Below, one piece after another: positions 39,001 through 50,270 of a stretch of DNA of 64,000 bases. How positions within the stretch are numbered: the stretch's first letter is position 1; the number at the start of each line of letters is the position of its first letter. The position numbers and the translations under genes are program-made. The stretch is from Klebsormidium nitens (taxonomy: Eukaryota; Plantae; Klebsormidiophyceae). Under the pieces are notes generated by a model. That model was not told where the DNA came from. It was given only the letters and a program-made list of their open reading frames with translations, and searched no databases. The stretch covers positions 1 through 64,000 of the forward strand of contig DF237395.1 of assembly GCA_000708835.1 (NCBI GenBank). Direction: 5' to 3'.

Positions 39001-40471
39001 ACTGCGACCGAACGAAGTCCGGGGGGGTGAATTCCGCCTCGTTAGCAGCCCCCAGGCGCAGAACGTCACGCTCCAACTCAGTACCGACACTGGAGCTTGG
39101 AGACCCGTCGGACGGTCCGTTTGGCTTGGTGGTTTTTTGCCCCCCCAGGTGGTTTGCCACCTGTCCCAAAAGGTGCTTTGCCGCGTTCACTCCCTGCTGC
39201 AGGGGGCTCTTTGGAGCTAGCGGACTGGCCCCCCCGGAATGTGGCGGTGTTGTTGCAGGCTGGCTGTCCGGATCGCTGCCACTTGGCGTTCTCACGTGCC
39301 GTCTCGGCCAGGGGCGCGCCTTAGCTGTCGTGACGGCTGGTAGTGCGGGGACTATATCTTCAGGGGAAGCGATTGTTTGGAGGGGGGGTAAAGCTGGCAG
39401 CTGTTCAAGGGGGGGAGCGCTTCTAGGGATGACCGATGACTGACCCCCCGGACAAATCGACTGCCCTTTTGACTGACTTGCGGAATGGGTATTGGAGGAG
39501 ACGGACTGGCTTTGAGGCGGCCTAGAATCGTGAGCAGGCCTGGGCCCATTCACACTCTCGCTGTGTACTCTAGTCTCAGAGAAACTAGCTGCCCCCAATC
39601 TGGAAGTCTCCTTTGTTGCATACACGGCCGGCGCGGTTTCCGACCGGCCCCGTTGCTCATCCCCCCGCGGCAGAGGATCCGACGCCGCTTTGTCTTTCAG
39701 GAGCTGGGGAATGTGGTTCGCGAGCGCACTGGTCAACCCCGAGGCTCCCCTGCCGTCGCCGATCGGTGCGCTGCCCTGACTGCTGACCACAAATGCAACA
39801 GGAGGGGGCAGCGAATCTGCTGGTTTCGGCTGTGGTTTAGAGTCAAACCCGATGGTTAACCGCCGCTCCCCCTCGCTGCTCCTCCTCTTCTCAAGCACGG
39901 CGCCCTTCCCTGCATCTTGATCAGTTCTCGACCCTCTTGCCTGGGTTGCAGATCCCCTCCTAGCCGGAAGGCTTCCCGGCGCGGGGGGGAGGTTGCTACT
40001 GCTCATCCCAGGCAGGGGCCCTCCCCCCTGGCTCTGCCAAAACCGTTCCCTGCGTTCCCGCACTGAGCTCGGACCCGACTTCCACACCGCCAGGTCAGCG
40101 TCCCTGAACCCTGTCACTCCCTGGGGTGCAGACCCAACCGTTGCTGACCGCTCCCTTGCGAATGCTCTCGGTGAAGGCCCCTGAGCAACCGCCAAGTCCG
40201 GCCGCTCCCTTGAAAAGTCCCCCAGTGAAGTGCCCCGGGCATAGTCAGTGCCCCCAAAAGTGCGGCTTCGTTCCCTGGTGGAATCCTCCGACTGCCCCAG
40301 AGGCTGGATTTCATTGGCCACCGCATTGACGGACGCATTGACACTGCTTGGCGCATGGTCTTGAGGCTTGAGCCCTTGCGGCGTCGGACTTTTCTGAGCG
40401 TGTGGCAGCTTTGGTGGACTGGGAGGGAGGTCTTCAAACGCCTCAAAGAACTCGTCGTCTTCGTCTGCCAT
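33004..40471 (-). CDS. WDR44: WD40-repeat protein, WDR44-like, with a disordered N-terminal region of about 600 aa; 7 coding exons
   Basis: Exons 38622-40471 (MADEDDEFFEAFE...RIKNLDTGKEF...KKKNWL), 37908-38132 (KAFKELTDVRVGQEIKAHEGPIW), 37310-37415 (CMKFNSDGRFLVTGGKDGLVKVWEV), 36551-36855 (GHSSDVLEVSWSKNTQFLLSSSMDTTVRLWH...HSDFVT), 35352-35505 ([26 protein letters not shown]), 34278-34509 (ILVTSNDSRLRVYDG), 33004-33629 (SASGDFLICPSEDGFVYVWN...IVTANYQGEIRTFKNFGRPVWL*). Confidence 0.88.
34010..34190 (-). repeat. Two copies of the WD40 exon-6 3' end plus donor
   Basis: cacctcgatacttgcactg(c/g)agcttcatcccgtcgtacac at about 34017 and 34138, compared with the real junction at 34275. Confidence 0.9.
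35163..35217 (-). repeat. Near-identical copy of the WD40 exon-5 3' end with its own GTGAGA donor
   Basis: 35169-35217 matches 35352-35400 with one mismatch. Confidence 0.92.
35780..36550 (-). repeat. Six tandem copies (112-128 bp period) of the WD40 exon-4 3' end plus GTGAG donor
   Basis: ctcacgt..aaagtcgctgtgcggga...gcactcgtccat blocks with exon-like parts starting at about 36438, 36310, 36186, 36063, 35951 and 35837. Confidence 0.92.
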
Positions 40472-42086
40472 TGTCAAGGCCGTGGAGATGTCTTTGCAAA
40501 GCTGCGAAAATGAACCAAAGTGATCGTTTCAGTAAGTGGTGTACAAGGGGCCGGCATAGCCGGCTATTCACAAAAGCGCAAGGCCCTGAAGAGAGTATCA
40601 AGCTTCAAGCAGGAGGAGAGTGAAGAACACTTTGCTTCAGCTCAATAAGCAAAGGTTCAGCTAGGCAAGGAACTCATGGTGGTTTCAATGACCACAACAT
40701 AAAGTTGGCCAACCTGCAGTGTCTTTATTTTGAAGAGACCGTAACGGATAGGTCTGACATCTGAGGGTGTGATCGCAATGAAACGCTAGCAACTTTGTAT
40801 GCACTTTTTAAGATACACACACACACACGAGCTCGGTATGATGGTGTGGTTTAAGATGGTGTGGTCAAGTTGCTACGATACCCAGGCAAGAGAGTCATCA
40901 AATTTACAGAGCCAACCATTTAGCAATTGAGACTATTCGAGCTTCCATTCCAACTAATGAATTTTAGGAACGGAGCAGTCCAAGAGGCTCCCAAAGCTGG
41001 CAAGTCAAGGTCAACAATCTGGGGTCCACATTCTAAAGAGTTGCAATTACTCAGCTCCAAAGCAAAACCCAGCAAGGATTGGTAATATCCGATTGTGCCT
41101 GCAGGAAGCTGGCCGTAAGCAATCTGTTTGACATATGACAAACACTGCCCCTGAAAGCACACCGCTCGATGCACACCACTCCAGGAGCTTTGATGCTGCT
41201 GATTCAGATCAATTCTCAAAACTGTAGTCTCACCTCACGTCCATGCACCCCTGTCTGCTAAGTGCCCCTTCCTCGTGGCCCAGAAATCAAGCGGGTGAAG
41301 GCTTCAAACGTTTGGCCAACTTCTAAGGACAATTTGGCCTTCCTTGAGCAGCCACTCAATTCAGAATGAACTACTCCGATCCAGAGCACAATGACCACCA
41401 CGATGCTGCTCTCATGACCCTTCCAGCGACCTTTTCCACAGCACACCCACCCTCCCGTCACATAATACTGCCGTCAATCGCGCAGAGGTGGAGCAACGAA
41501 GTTTGAATGGGTCAAGGCTCGCCGAACATTGAGTTTTGGGAATCAACCATGGCGGCAGCTACACTTGAGAAATGATCTAGGCGGCTAGGCGGCAGCGAGA
41601 GACTGGGTCAACCTTTGGCATCGCCATAATGATCCTTCTTTCTTTCTGAAAAAGTCAGCTTCTCTGCGCCTCGAGTCTAGAGGTACCTAGACCGAGCTTG
41701 GCCAGCCTGGCACGTTCTTACGAGATCTTGCAAAACCGTTAGAGGTTCTTCCGAGCGGTGTTTACTTCGATAGTGTCACGCAGACAGGAGCAACCATACC
41801 CGACTCGTAATGGCACCGTCTTCCGGTTTTGACCGGTTTCGAAAGTGTCTACACTTGGGAATGCGCCGCTAGGGGCCGAGCCTTCTGTGCAATTGAAATT
41901 GTGTGCGCAGTTGGTTTAATTGAAACTTTTGTAGAAATTCGAAGCCAAACCGTATGATGGTTATCCTCTTGGTCACAGGCCCTCCCGGGCTTTGATCACC
42001 ACGAAAACACGCTTGCGACCCAGCTGAGAGCAGCCGGGGCAGAAACGCTACCTGCAGGTCAAGAGCAGGGTTACATTTAAGGGCTA

Positions 42087-42340
42087 CCAGTACTGCCATT
42101 GTGAATTCGCATAGAAAATAATTATTCTACCCCAGGTCGAAAAATGTCGGAAATTATTTGCAGCCTGGTCGAAAAGTTGAAATGGAAAAACAAGGACTTT
42201 TGGACCGAAAATGGCTCTTTTAGCAGGCAAAATGGGCAAAAACGAAAACAAAGATTAATTGATCTGGCCGATGCGAAAAGGGAAAAACTTTGAAAATAAT
42301 TATTCGCGGACTTGGGGCGCGAATTCGAATGGCAGTACGG
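42087..42340. mobile_element. MITE (Tc1/mariner-type, Stowaway-like), about 254 bp, flanked by TA
   Basis: Left TIR CCAGTACTGCCATTGTGAATTCGC (42087-42110). Right end GCGAATTCGAATGGCAGTACGG (42319-42340) is its imperfect reverse complement. TA is present on both sides (42085-86, 42341-42). The interior is AT-rich and non-coding. Confidence 0.7.
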
Positions 42341-42538
42341 TACTACCTACTTTCAAATTTTAACAAAGACGTGCAAAGATGGTTTGATTCTGGAGGATAA
42401 CTGCGCCCGAACCCTCGGAACCTGGAACCCTAATTTTGCGAGCGTTTTGTGGCAAAGGGACGCCCCTGAAATTTGAAAAGTCAATTCTCTGCTGTTGACA
42501 TCGCTTGCTGGAGCGCGTTCCCTTCCAAAGCTCGCACC

Positions 42539-45500
42539 ATGGCGCATTCTGCAGCGTTGTTGGACGTTCGACTTGCAGCTTTTCCATCTCTAGAGTGCCA
42601 ACAATGGAGAGCTGGCCTCGTTGGCCAGCTTTCACTTCCTTGCAGATTAGGGTTCCAACTTTCTTCCCAAAGCCAATGCAGCTCTTCTGTCTGCTGCCAG
42701 ATATCCAAGAATACAGCAAAAAGACATACAGGCTTCTCTTACGGTGCCTCTAGCTCGAGATTCTCAAAAGAAAGCGCACGTGAACCAAGAAAAAGTTTTA
42801 GGGTTTGTGCGCAAGGGAACGCTGATGGCAGTGGGGATGAGGTGGAAGCACAAAGACAGGCTTCGGCGGCGCAATCGGAGCCCAGGCCCGTTCAAGAGGT
42901 GGAGTCTGGGGAAAGAGGTGCGTCTTGTAGACAACAAGTGTTTTCTGGCATCCGTTACCGCACGCCTGCGCTCAGCGGTGTATTCATCCCTCGCCACCAC
43001 ATTTTGTATGTAAACCACCGTGGAGGAGGTATGATTTGATTGCTACTAAAGTCTATTTTGAGAGAGCAGCCAGAGAGCAGCCGACAATGTGCCACCACCA
43101 ATCAAAATGATCCTGCTGCTGATTTATGAGGTGCAAATTACAAGTATGGATGTCAGCGTACAATTTGGAATAAAAGCAGAAGCAGTGTACCACCACTGAC
43201 TTTCTGATGAGGTTTCATCTCGATTAACCTCATCAGGGGGCCAGTGTATTCGATTGTGATGAAGGATTGCATGGCTTGCGCAATTCTCCTCAATATTGAG
43301 TTGGAGTTGTACATTGTGATGTCCTTGAGAGCTCTGACACATGATTGTCCAGAAGACCTTCAATTTCGGACTACCCAGACCCCCATTTGGTCCATGATGG
43401 TCCTCCTCCTTTGTTTGTGGTGCATCTCCCAGCTTGCGAATGACCGCTTCTGAAAGAAAGAAATGGTTCTGCCTGATGGCATGGCATTGCAGGTTTGTCA
43501 GCAATCACTTCACAACAGGGCAGTGCTCGTGATGATTCTAATGCGGACCACATGCCTAATTACTGAGATACAATCCTTGGATTTCTGTTGGCCCAGTGAG
43601 TGCCAGACTTCGTCACAATCGCTTTGCAAAGCTGGAAGCTCTACGCTTTCTCAAGAGCGTGTGGGACAGAAGGGAGACGGAGAGGATGCTGATGGAATCG
43701 TTCAAAGCGTCCACCCAAAAACACCGTCTCCGCCACCTGCTTGGAGCGGGTGAACACTTCTGTGCAGGGCAGTCTCTGACCCTTTGTCTTCTCTGCAGTT
43801 GACACCGAGTTGAAGCTGAAGAGACAGTCCCAAATAGCCGTCCAGTTTGGTAAGTTCCTGAAAACCCGCTTTTGTGTACATGCGGCTGTCAGCGAGCTGT
43901 TGGTCTGCCCCCTGTCTCGGTTCGAAGGTCAATGATCCACCTTGACTCTCTTAGTCTCCCTGAGGTTCAAGGAACCTGGGATTTGCCAACTCAGGAATGC
44001 CCCACGTCGACAGACTTTGCTAGCCCGCAACAGGAGCGGCATAACTCTAGCTGCGCAATAAGGATGATGTTAAAGTTGCACGTATGAAGAAGCAGAATCG
44101 AAGATCTTGGGAAGTAGACATCGGGGATTGCAAGTCAACGACACAACCAATTGCATCTTCCTCGTAGACATTCCCACGTCATGCTCATTTTGCCTTTGCC
44201 CTCCTCACAGGCCGGCACTACGAGATCATGTACCTGATATCTGAAAAGGAGATAGAGAACGTGCCACGCATTATCAATTTCTATCGAGGTAAGAGCTTCT
44301 TCTTGCGTTATTGGGCCAGCGCTTGATTGTATTCAACAACATTTCCACTCGAAGCGACCTCCGTCTTTAAAAAGCATGCATTCAACGAGTCTCTATTCTC
44401 ATATAGTGGTCGCCTGTCTGTTTTAAAAGCTATCTGAGCGGGACGACTTCCTAGCTCTTCAAAATTGTGAACCTCGAGTCCTTGAGATCCTGAATGTGAC
44501 CAGGTATCCGAAGTCTCGTGAAGTTGACTGGGGTGCAGAAATAGCAGATTGCCTTTTTTGAATTAACGTTCAAGGTTGACGACAGCCTCTCGACCATGAT
44601 CAATTTTGAACAGCTTTTGCACTGCAGATATTTCTGGTTGTCAAGAGAGACGGTCTTGCCGTCGATCCTCCTCATTGTGTGTACGCTTCCAAACATGTCT
44701 TGGAGCTTTTGTTCCCCAATCGACGCTGAAGCGCCATCCTTCATTTTTAAGTTCGTATCTTAGTGGCCCAGGTTCTGCCAGTCAGGGTGTCCCTAGGCTG
44801 CCCATGATGATATTGTATTCAGTCTCTTATTTTGGCGGGGTCGGCCTGAGATAGATTTCAACAAGGCCTCATGACCGATTCTTGACTCTTGAGGAGGCGG
44901 GTCATTGTGCAATCCGAAGTATAGAGCTCCGTCACAAATAGATTCCTTTCGAACAAGCCCGCTTTTCCACAGGCTGTGTAGAAAAGAACGGGGGCATCGT
45001 GTGGCGGCTGAACGACTGGGGCGTACGGCAGCTAGCCTACCGGATAAAGAAGCAGCGACGTGCCAACTACGTGCTCATGAACTTCGAGTGCATACCGGGG
45101 CTTATGGTCGCCATCGAGAAAGTGTGAGCTTTCCGGAACCACAACCTCGTCGAATACTCCAAGGCTACAAGCAATGCTAGCGTGAGAATTTCGTAGTGCG
45201 AGCCCCTGTGTAGATTTCAACGTTTGCCGAAGGGTTGTTCTGCTCATTACGCCTGGCAACCTACGGAAGAGTGTGGAGGTCTTTCTGAGAGCGTCTCGTG
45301 AGCAACCTCCCCTTGATCAACTGACGGTATGCCATCAATCTGCTACGAAGAGGTTTCCAAAATTTACCGGACGAGTTACTGCTACTTCTATCCTCATCCG
45401 TCTCGTTGAGTATGGTGACAGTCGTTTCGGGTTTGTTAGAAAAGGATCGTAAATTGCGTTGTGCGATTCTGCTTTTGCTTATAACGGCGGGACTGCATTT

Positions 45501-46270
45501 CCAATACGATCGGCGGGCCTGGGTCTTTCGTACTTGCAATTAAACGTTTGCGGTATGTCTAGGCCCGGTATGTCTAGACCGTGGATCTTCGTCGGGATTA
45601 CTGCCCGCATTTTCGCCCAAACTTTGATGCAATTCCGTTTCCTGAAGTTTCGGGCTCCGTTTTAAACCCCTTGTTTGGTTGCATCCCGATCTTATGCTTC
45701 TGTTCGAGGGCCCTCAAAACACCTCGTTGTATGTGACCAGAGCCTTCGTGCAGCCGACCGGTGCAGATCGTTCTTTGAAACTGAACTTGCCTTCGAAGTT
45801 GCGCGACTGCGTCTCTGTATCCTGGTTATCGAGCTTCGAGTCCTTGATTTCTTCACTTTTTTTCTAAAATGTGACACGGCGATCGAGTGACGGGTGCTCT
45901 TGCTGACTTGAGAATCCTATGTTGCAGAATGAGACAAGACCCCAGGATCATTCGGCAACTTATCGTCAAGCAAAAGCGCGCAATCACAAAGCCCTGCCCG
46001 CCGCCGCCTGAATACCGGAGGCCCGAGATCGGAAGCTTGCTTCAGAAAGACGATGATGGGAATATCATTGCACTCCAAGATGAGGACGAGTGGGAAGAAT
46101 ACGATGAGTACGAAGAGTACGAGGAAGGTTTTGACGAGTTTGATGAAGGGGAGGAGGGCGACTTCTTGTTCGAAGAGGAGGACGAAGATGAGCTAGACTA
46201 TGAGGAAGACGGGGAAGAGGACAGATTAGAAGGGGCAAAGCCGTCAAAGGAAGCCTTGAGACAACAATGA
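42539..46270 (+). CDS. RFC3: Plastid-targeted ribosomal protein S6 (bS6)-family protein with acidic C-terminal tail, RFC3-like
   Basis: Exons 42539-42917 (transit-peptide-like; start codon uncertain), 43597-43749, 43799-43849, 44211-44288 (RHYEIMYLISEKE), 44973-45123 (GGIVWRLNDWGVRQLAYRIKKQRRANYVLMNFE, the bS6 signature), 45928-46270 (DPRIIRQLIVKQKRAITKPCPPPPEY followed by a D/E-rich tail). The symbol refers to plant REGULATOR OF FATTY ACID COMPOSITION 3, not replication factor C. Confidence 0.8.
44451..44744 (-). CDS. Putative small zinc-ribbon ORF (97 aa), antisense within RFC3 intron 4
   Basis: ATG in AAAAATG context; contains CKSC-x24-CYFC; lies entirely inside the intron. No homology evidence is available. 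Confidence 0.3.
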   Translation of the reverse strand: MKDGASASIGEQKLQDMFGSVHTMRRIDGKTVSLDNQKYLQCKSCSKLIMVERLSSTLNVNSKKAICYFCTPVNFTRLRIPGHIQDLKDSRFTILKS

Positions 46271-46453
46271 AAAAGAATGTGAGGTGCGTTTAGTCTCGAG
46301 TCACAGCCATTCTTGTGCGGCCAGGTCGCTCATTTACATGGCAGCCTCTGAGTGACTTGGCGGCCTCGCTATACCTGCCAGCGTGACGGCCAGATGAGTC
46401 ATGTACCATGTGCAAGTACCATTTCATGTACTAGAGATGTGCGCTCAGCGGCT

Positions 46454-46943
46454 GTCATTCACTGCATACTATTATAGTACTGTGCTGCAGGTAAAAGACG
46501 TTGCAGACGGGCCGCGCTTTTGGTAGCGGGCAGGCTGTATGCACAAAAATACATTGGGTTGTGGCCGCCATGCGACGCAATGATGCATGTCCCACATGAT
46601 TTGAAGCCTGCATGGGCGGCCACGAATAGCTGCTCAGCTTCCTATCATACAAAGCGGCGGCTAGCGCCTTACATCCATGAAATTCAATCCAGGAGCCTGA
46701 CGGTTAGAACCGTCAGTGACATACTGACACACATAGTAGCGTCCGGCCTTAACTGTACGATCGTTGCACTCATGATCAGCTCCGGCCCCGACCATGGGCT
46801 GGCATGCGTTGGACTCGGCACTGGGGTGGCAGTTATGATTGACCCGACATACCTAGTGTAACTCAAAGTACCTTAGTATGCGATGGACTGCATATAAAAG
46901 CCCACCGTGACTGGTACTATTATAGCAAATCATGTGAATGGAC
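46454..46943. mobile_element. Possible MITE-like element with imperfect terminal inverted repeats
   Basis: gtcattcac...ctattatagtac at the left end; gtactattatag...gtgaatggac at the right end. No clear target-site duplication. Confidence 0.3.
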
Positions 46944-47423
46944 AAATGAATGATCTCTGGCATGATGTCATACTCAGAACAACAATTCAAGGGTCTGCAT
47001 TTTGACAGATCGTGCAACCGAGTTGCGCCAACACCTTACTCTCAGTCTTAATCATCTCTTGGTATTTCAATGTGATGTGAAATAGTCGTAGTTAGTTTTC
47101 CGATGCACGGTGTCGCTGAGTGTATAGCTTCAAGTTCTTGATTAGCTACGCATGTTACCTGTCCATCTGATCACGTTCGCGCCACTGTAACCCCGATCTC
47201 GCACATTCCCGTCGCCGAGCCGAACCGGGTGCTTTTCAAGTCTGATATGCCGTGTATGTTATGTCAAAACAGTCTACGTCCATGATTACAGCTGTGGACA
47301 GAAAGGTCTGATCTCTAGGTAGTTTAGGATGACCGACATCATTGGGCTACTAACACTTCACTGTCAAAACTCTGGTACACAACACTACGCATGTACATTT
47401 CCCGTTTTCATCCTCAACACTTG

Positions 47424-48809
47424 TTAACCTTGGTCGTCTCTCAAGACACTTTCCAGCCATCTCTGCGCAAAACTGTGGCCTTGATTGGCGGCCTTCTCTA
47501 TCCATGCAACGGCCCTGCTCACATCGGTCTCCTCATCCCCATCCTTGCAACAAAGGCTTGACCTTACCTTCACATCCCCATAGCCGTGGCCAGCAGCCTC
47601 TTGACAGTCTTCCACAGGGCGCTTATCTTTACGCCTCATGTCTTTTCCGACATCAGGGTCCCGGCCTAAGGCCGGTCTACTTCTAATTTCAGCCTGCCCC
47701 TGCTTTGCTACCCTTTCATTCAACTCTAACAAACTCTCATCAACTTCCGCATCTACGAAAAGGTCCCACAGGATGCATTGAGCGTCTGTATGGCCTTGGT
47801 CACCAGCCTTTATGAGCCACTCCTCGGCGTGAGCCCTGTTGCTTTCCACGCCCCTTCCTTCCCGCAAGTAACACCAACCTAAGTGGTTCTGAGCATTGAC
47901 CTGACCCCGTTCCGCAGCCTTTCTAAACCACTGCACACCGCGTCCCTTGTTCTCTGCGACCCCCTTTCCATTATAGTAACACAAACCAATCTCGTATTGC
48001 GTTGTTGCGTCCAGGTTCAGACATTTCAGAGCTCTGAGGCTTTGAATCACCGCAGACAGTGATTGGGCGCCATCGAACTCTATCGGGTTGCCCGACAAGT
48101 CAAGAAACGTCAGCGCTTGAAGCTTCCCAAGGCCTTCTTCGCCCAGAACCGCTTCATCGCCCCTTAGCTTGTTCCCGGACAGGTCTAGGCTCGTCAAAGC
48201 TGTGAGGTTTTGAATGCTGAATGGGTGCCACTGACTGTTCCTTGAGAGTCTGAGCTTGACAAGAGAGGTGAAAGTGTTGAGCGCTCCACTCAATGTGTAC
48301 AGTCCATCGCCCCCACAATCCCAGACCTCCAAACTTGTGAGTTGCCGAAGGCCCCCAAGGCCTGCTAGGAATCCAGAAGTCAGACTGCTTTTGGACAAAC
48401 GCAGGCTGGTGAGGTTAGTCAGGAAGTGGAAAGCGGGAATCCAACCAGAAGAAGGACTAAGTCTGCAAAAATGAAGCGCTTCTAGAGCTGACAGCTGCCG
48501 AACACGCTCGATTATCCAACATAATGGATATGAATTCACATTTTTCAAAGTCAGGCTTTCAAGGTCTGGGCGGGCATCAAGGAAAGCCACAAATGAACTT
48601 GCTTTTCCTTCCTGAACCGTGTGCGTCTCACCCCTGAGATCAAAGAACACGCAGTGTGTTTTGCGTGCAAGCTCCCTGAATTGCATGCACACTAGGCTAA
48701 GGTTTGCGTATGCAGCGCCAGAGGACGCAATCACCTCCTGGAAGATGAGGAGGATCAACTCCTCAGGCAGCACTTCGATCCCCGCCGCCTTTGCTCTTTG
48801 ACGCTGCAT
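47424..48809 (-). CDS. Intronless F-box / leucine-rich-repeat / Sel1-repeat protein
   Basis: Single open frame. The ORF track extends it to 48947; the first plausible ATG is at 48809. F-box (LPEELILLIFQEV...LSLVCMQFRELAR), about 7 LRRs (LTNLTSLRLSKSSL, LTALTSLDLSGNKL, LQALTFLDLSGNPI), then Sel1 repeats (QYEIGLCYYNGKGVAENKGRGVQWFRKAAERGQVNAQNHLG; AVAWIEKAANQGHSFAQ). Confidence 0.85.
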   Translation of the reverse strand: MQRQRAKAAGIEVLPEELILLIFQEVIASSGAAYANLSLVCMQFRELARKTHCVFFDLRGETHTVQEGKASSFVAFLDARPDLESLTLKNVNSYPLCWIIERVRQLSALEALHFCRLSPSSGWIPAFHFLTNLTSLRLSKSSLTSGFLAGLGGLRQLTSLEVWDCGGDGLYTLSGALNTFTSLVKLRLSRNSQWHPFSIQNLTALTSLDLSGNKLRGDEAVLGEEGLGKLQALTFLDLSGNPIEFDGAQSLSAVIQSLRALKCLNLDATTQYEIGLCYYNGKGVAENKGRGVQWFRKAAERGQVNAQNHLGWCYLREGRGVESNRAHAEEWLIKAGDQGHTDAQCILWDLFVDAEVDESLLELNERVAKQGQAEIRSRPALGRDPDVGKDMRRKDKRPVEDCQEAAGHGYGDVKVRSSLCCKDGDEETDVSRAVAWIEKAANQGHSFAQRWLESVLRDDQG

Positions 48810-49889
48810 CCTGCGGACAGGATGGCTGGATTCTGCATGCTGAAGTGAAGCACAGAAGGCGGCTGCGCAATGTGAATGCAGCCTAGGACTCGGACTCAGA
48901 GTGCCATATATTGGGGACGCGGAACATGGGCTGGAATTTTTAGCCAACGCCCCAGACTGGAGTCGACCTTCGGACCACTCCGGTACCTGCTCTCTGGTAT
49001 CGTACCGGAGATACCACGTGACTCACTGTATCGCCAAAAGTAAATGCGAAGATCCGCGACCGAGCGCGGTCTCCGACTCGGTCAAGACTGTCAAGGCTCA
49101 ACCTGGCTACTAGGCTAGGTACTCAGTGCAGCTACCGTATGACCGCAGTAGTACTCATAGTACAGTAGGAGTACAGTAGCAACGAAGGGTGGCAGCCTCA
49201 GTTATGCAGGTAAGGTGAGACCATAAGACGGACTCACTACTTGTATGCATTGAGGTGCATATACGCAAGTGCGTAGTATTGATGTATTCGGAAGCTATCT
49301 TACTTGCCAATTTGTCACGGTACCATTGAAGCCGCGGTTACCTTCCTAGTACAGCCTGGCTATACGCGTGCTATACTGCTATACGATACCATTCGTACAA
49401 AATAAATATGTGTCATTGCCATCATAATTTAATGCCCATGTCCATGTTTCTTCCAACTAGAATATCCGATGCCACCATACTTTTACAAATCAAGTGCCAA
49501 CATCATCTAAGATAGCGCACGTACCGTAAGTGTAAAGATGTGACTAAGTTTGGCATCTACTACCCCGTAACAATCTAGTATTATTTTGGGGTTGAAGAGG
49601 CGGCACGTAAAAGGTTTGAAGATAGAAACACGTAGGCTCGAATGCTAATAGGATATAAACCCAACTCGAACATTGCCATGGGTTTTGAGTGGCTCGGTAC
49701 TTGAATCTACCAGCGGCCAGACGTCGTGTCTTTTGAAGCATATTAGCCACATTGCAAGCTGCTTAGCATCAAGAAGGATACAAACTTCAATTGCACTTGA
49801 GAGATTGTCCACATTGCTTACAAGTCATCCAATTAAGCGCGGCAAGTTTGTTACAAATGGTTGGCCACGTTGGACTGGCATACTTGCAA

Positions 49890-50270
49890 TAGCAGTGTAG
49901 CAAAACTGGCACTGATGCAGAAATCTGCGACAAGGTAAGTGAGTCGAGTTCTTCAAGCAGGCGGGGGTGCTTTGTTTACATGTAAGCGGCGAAATGTCAA
50001 GCCAATATGTTGTTATATCGATCCCCTAAGAGAAACCATAGAGTTCCTTTGAGTTGAGTGTGGCAAATGGGTCCAAAAATGGTGAAAAATGTCCCCATAT
50101 AGCCAAAAACGTCCAACTGCCTCCAAATTGCCTCGTTCCTCTTGTAGTCCAAGCGGGTATGACAAGATGTAAGCGGCCAAAAGTGGAGCCTGCCTATATG
50201 TAAATTGATCCTACGACTTGGTTCTTTGAGCATCATTGAGGACAGTGTGGCAAACTGGCCCAAAAATCGC
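49890..50270. repeat. Degenerate direct repeat (about 165-190 bp period) containing CAGTGTGGCAAA-TGG-CCAAAAAT
   Basis: Motif copies at 49893, 50056 and 50243; atgtaagcggc recurs at about 49980 and 50169. Confidence 0.55.

Noticed and set aside
33066-40623. Many overlapping ORF-track entries (e.g. 33172-33654, 39027-39443, 39485-39859)
   Set aside because: They are alternative-frame or antisense shadows of the GC-rich WD40 exons.
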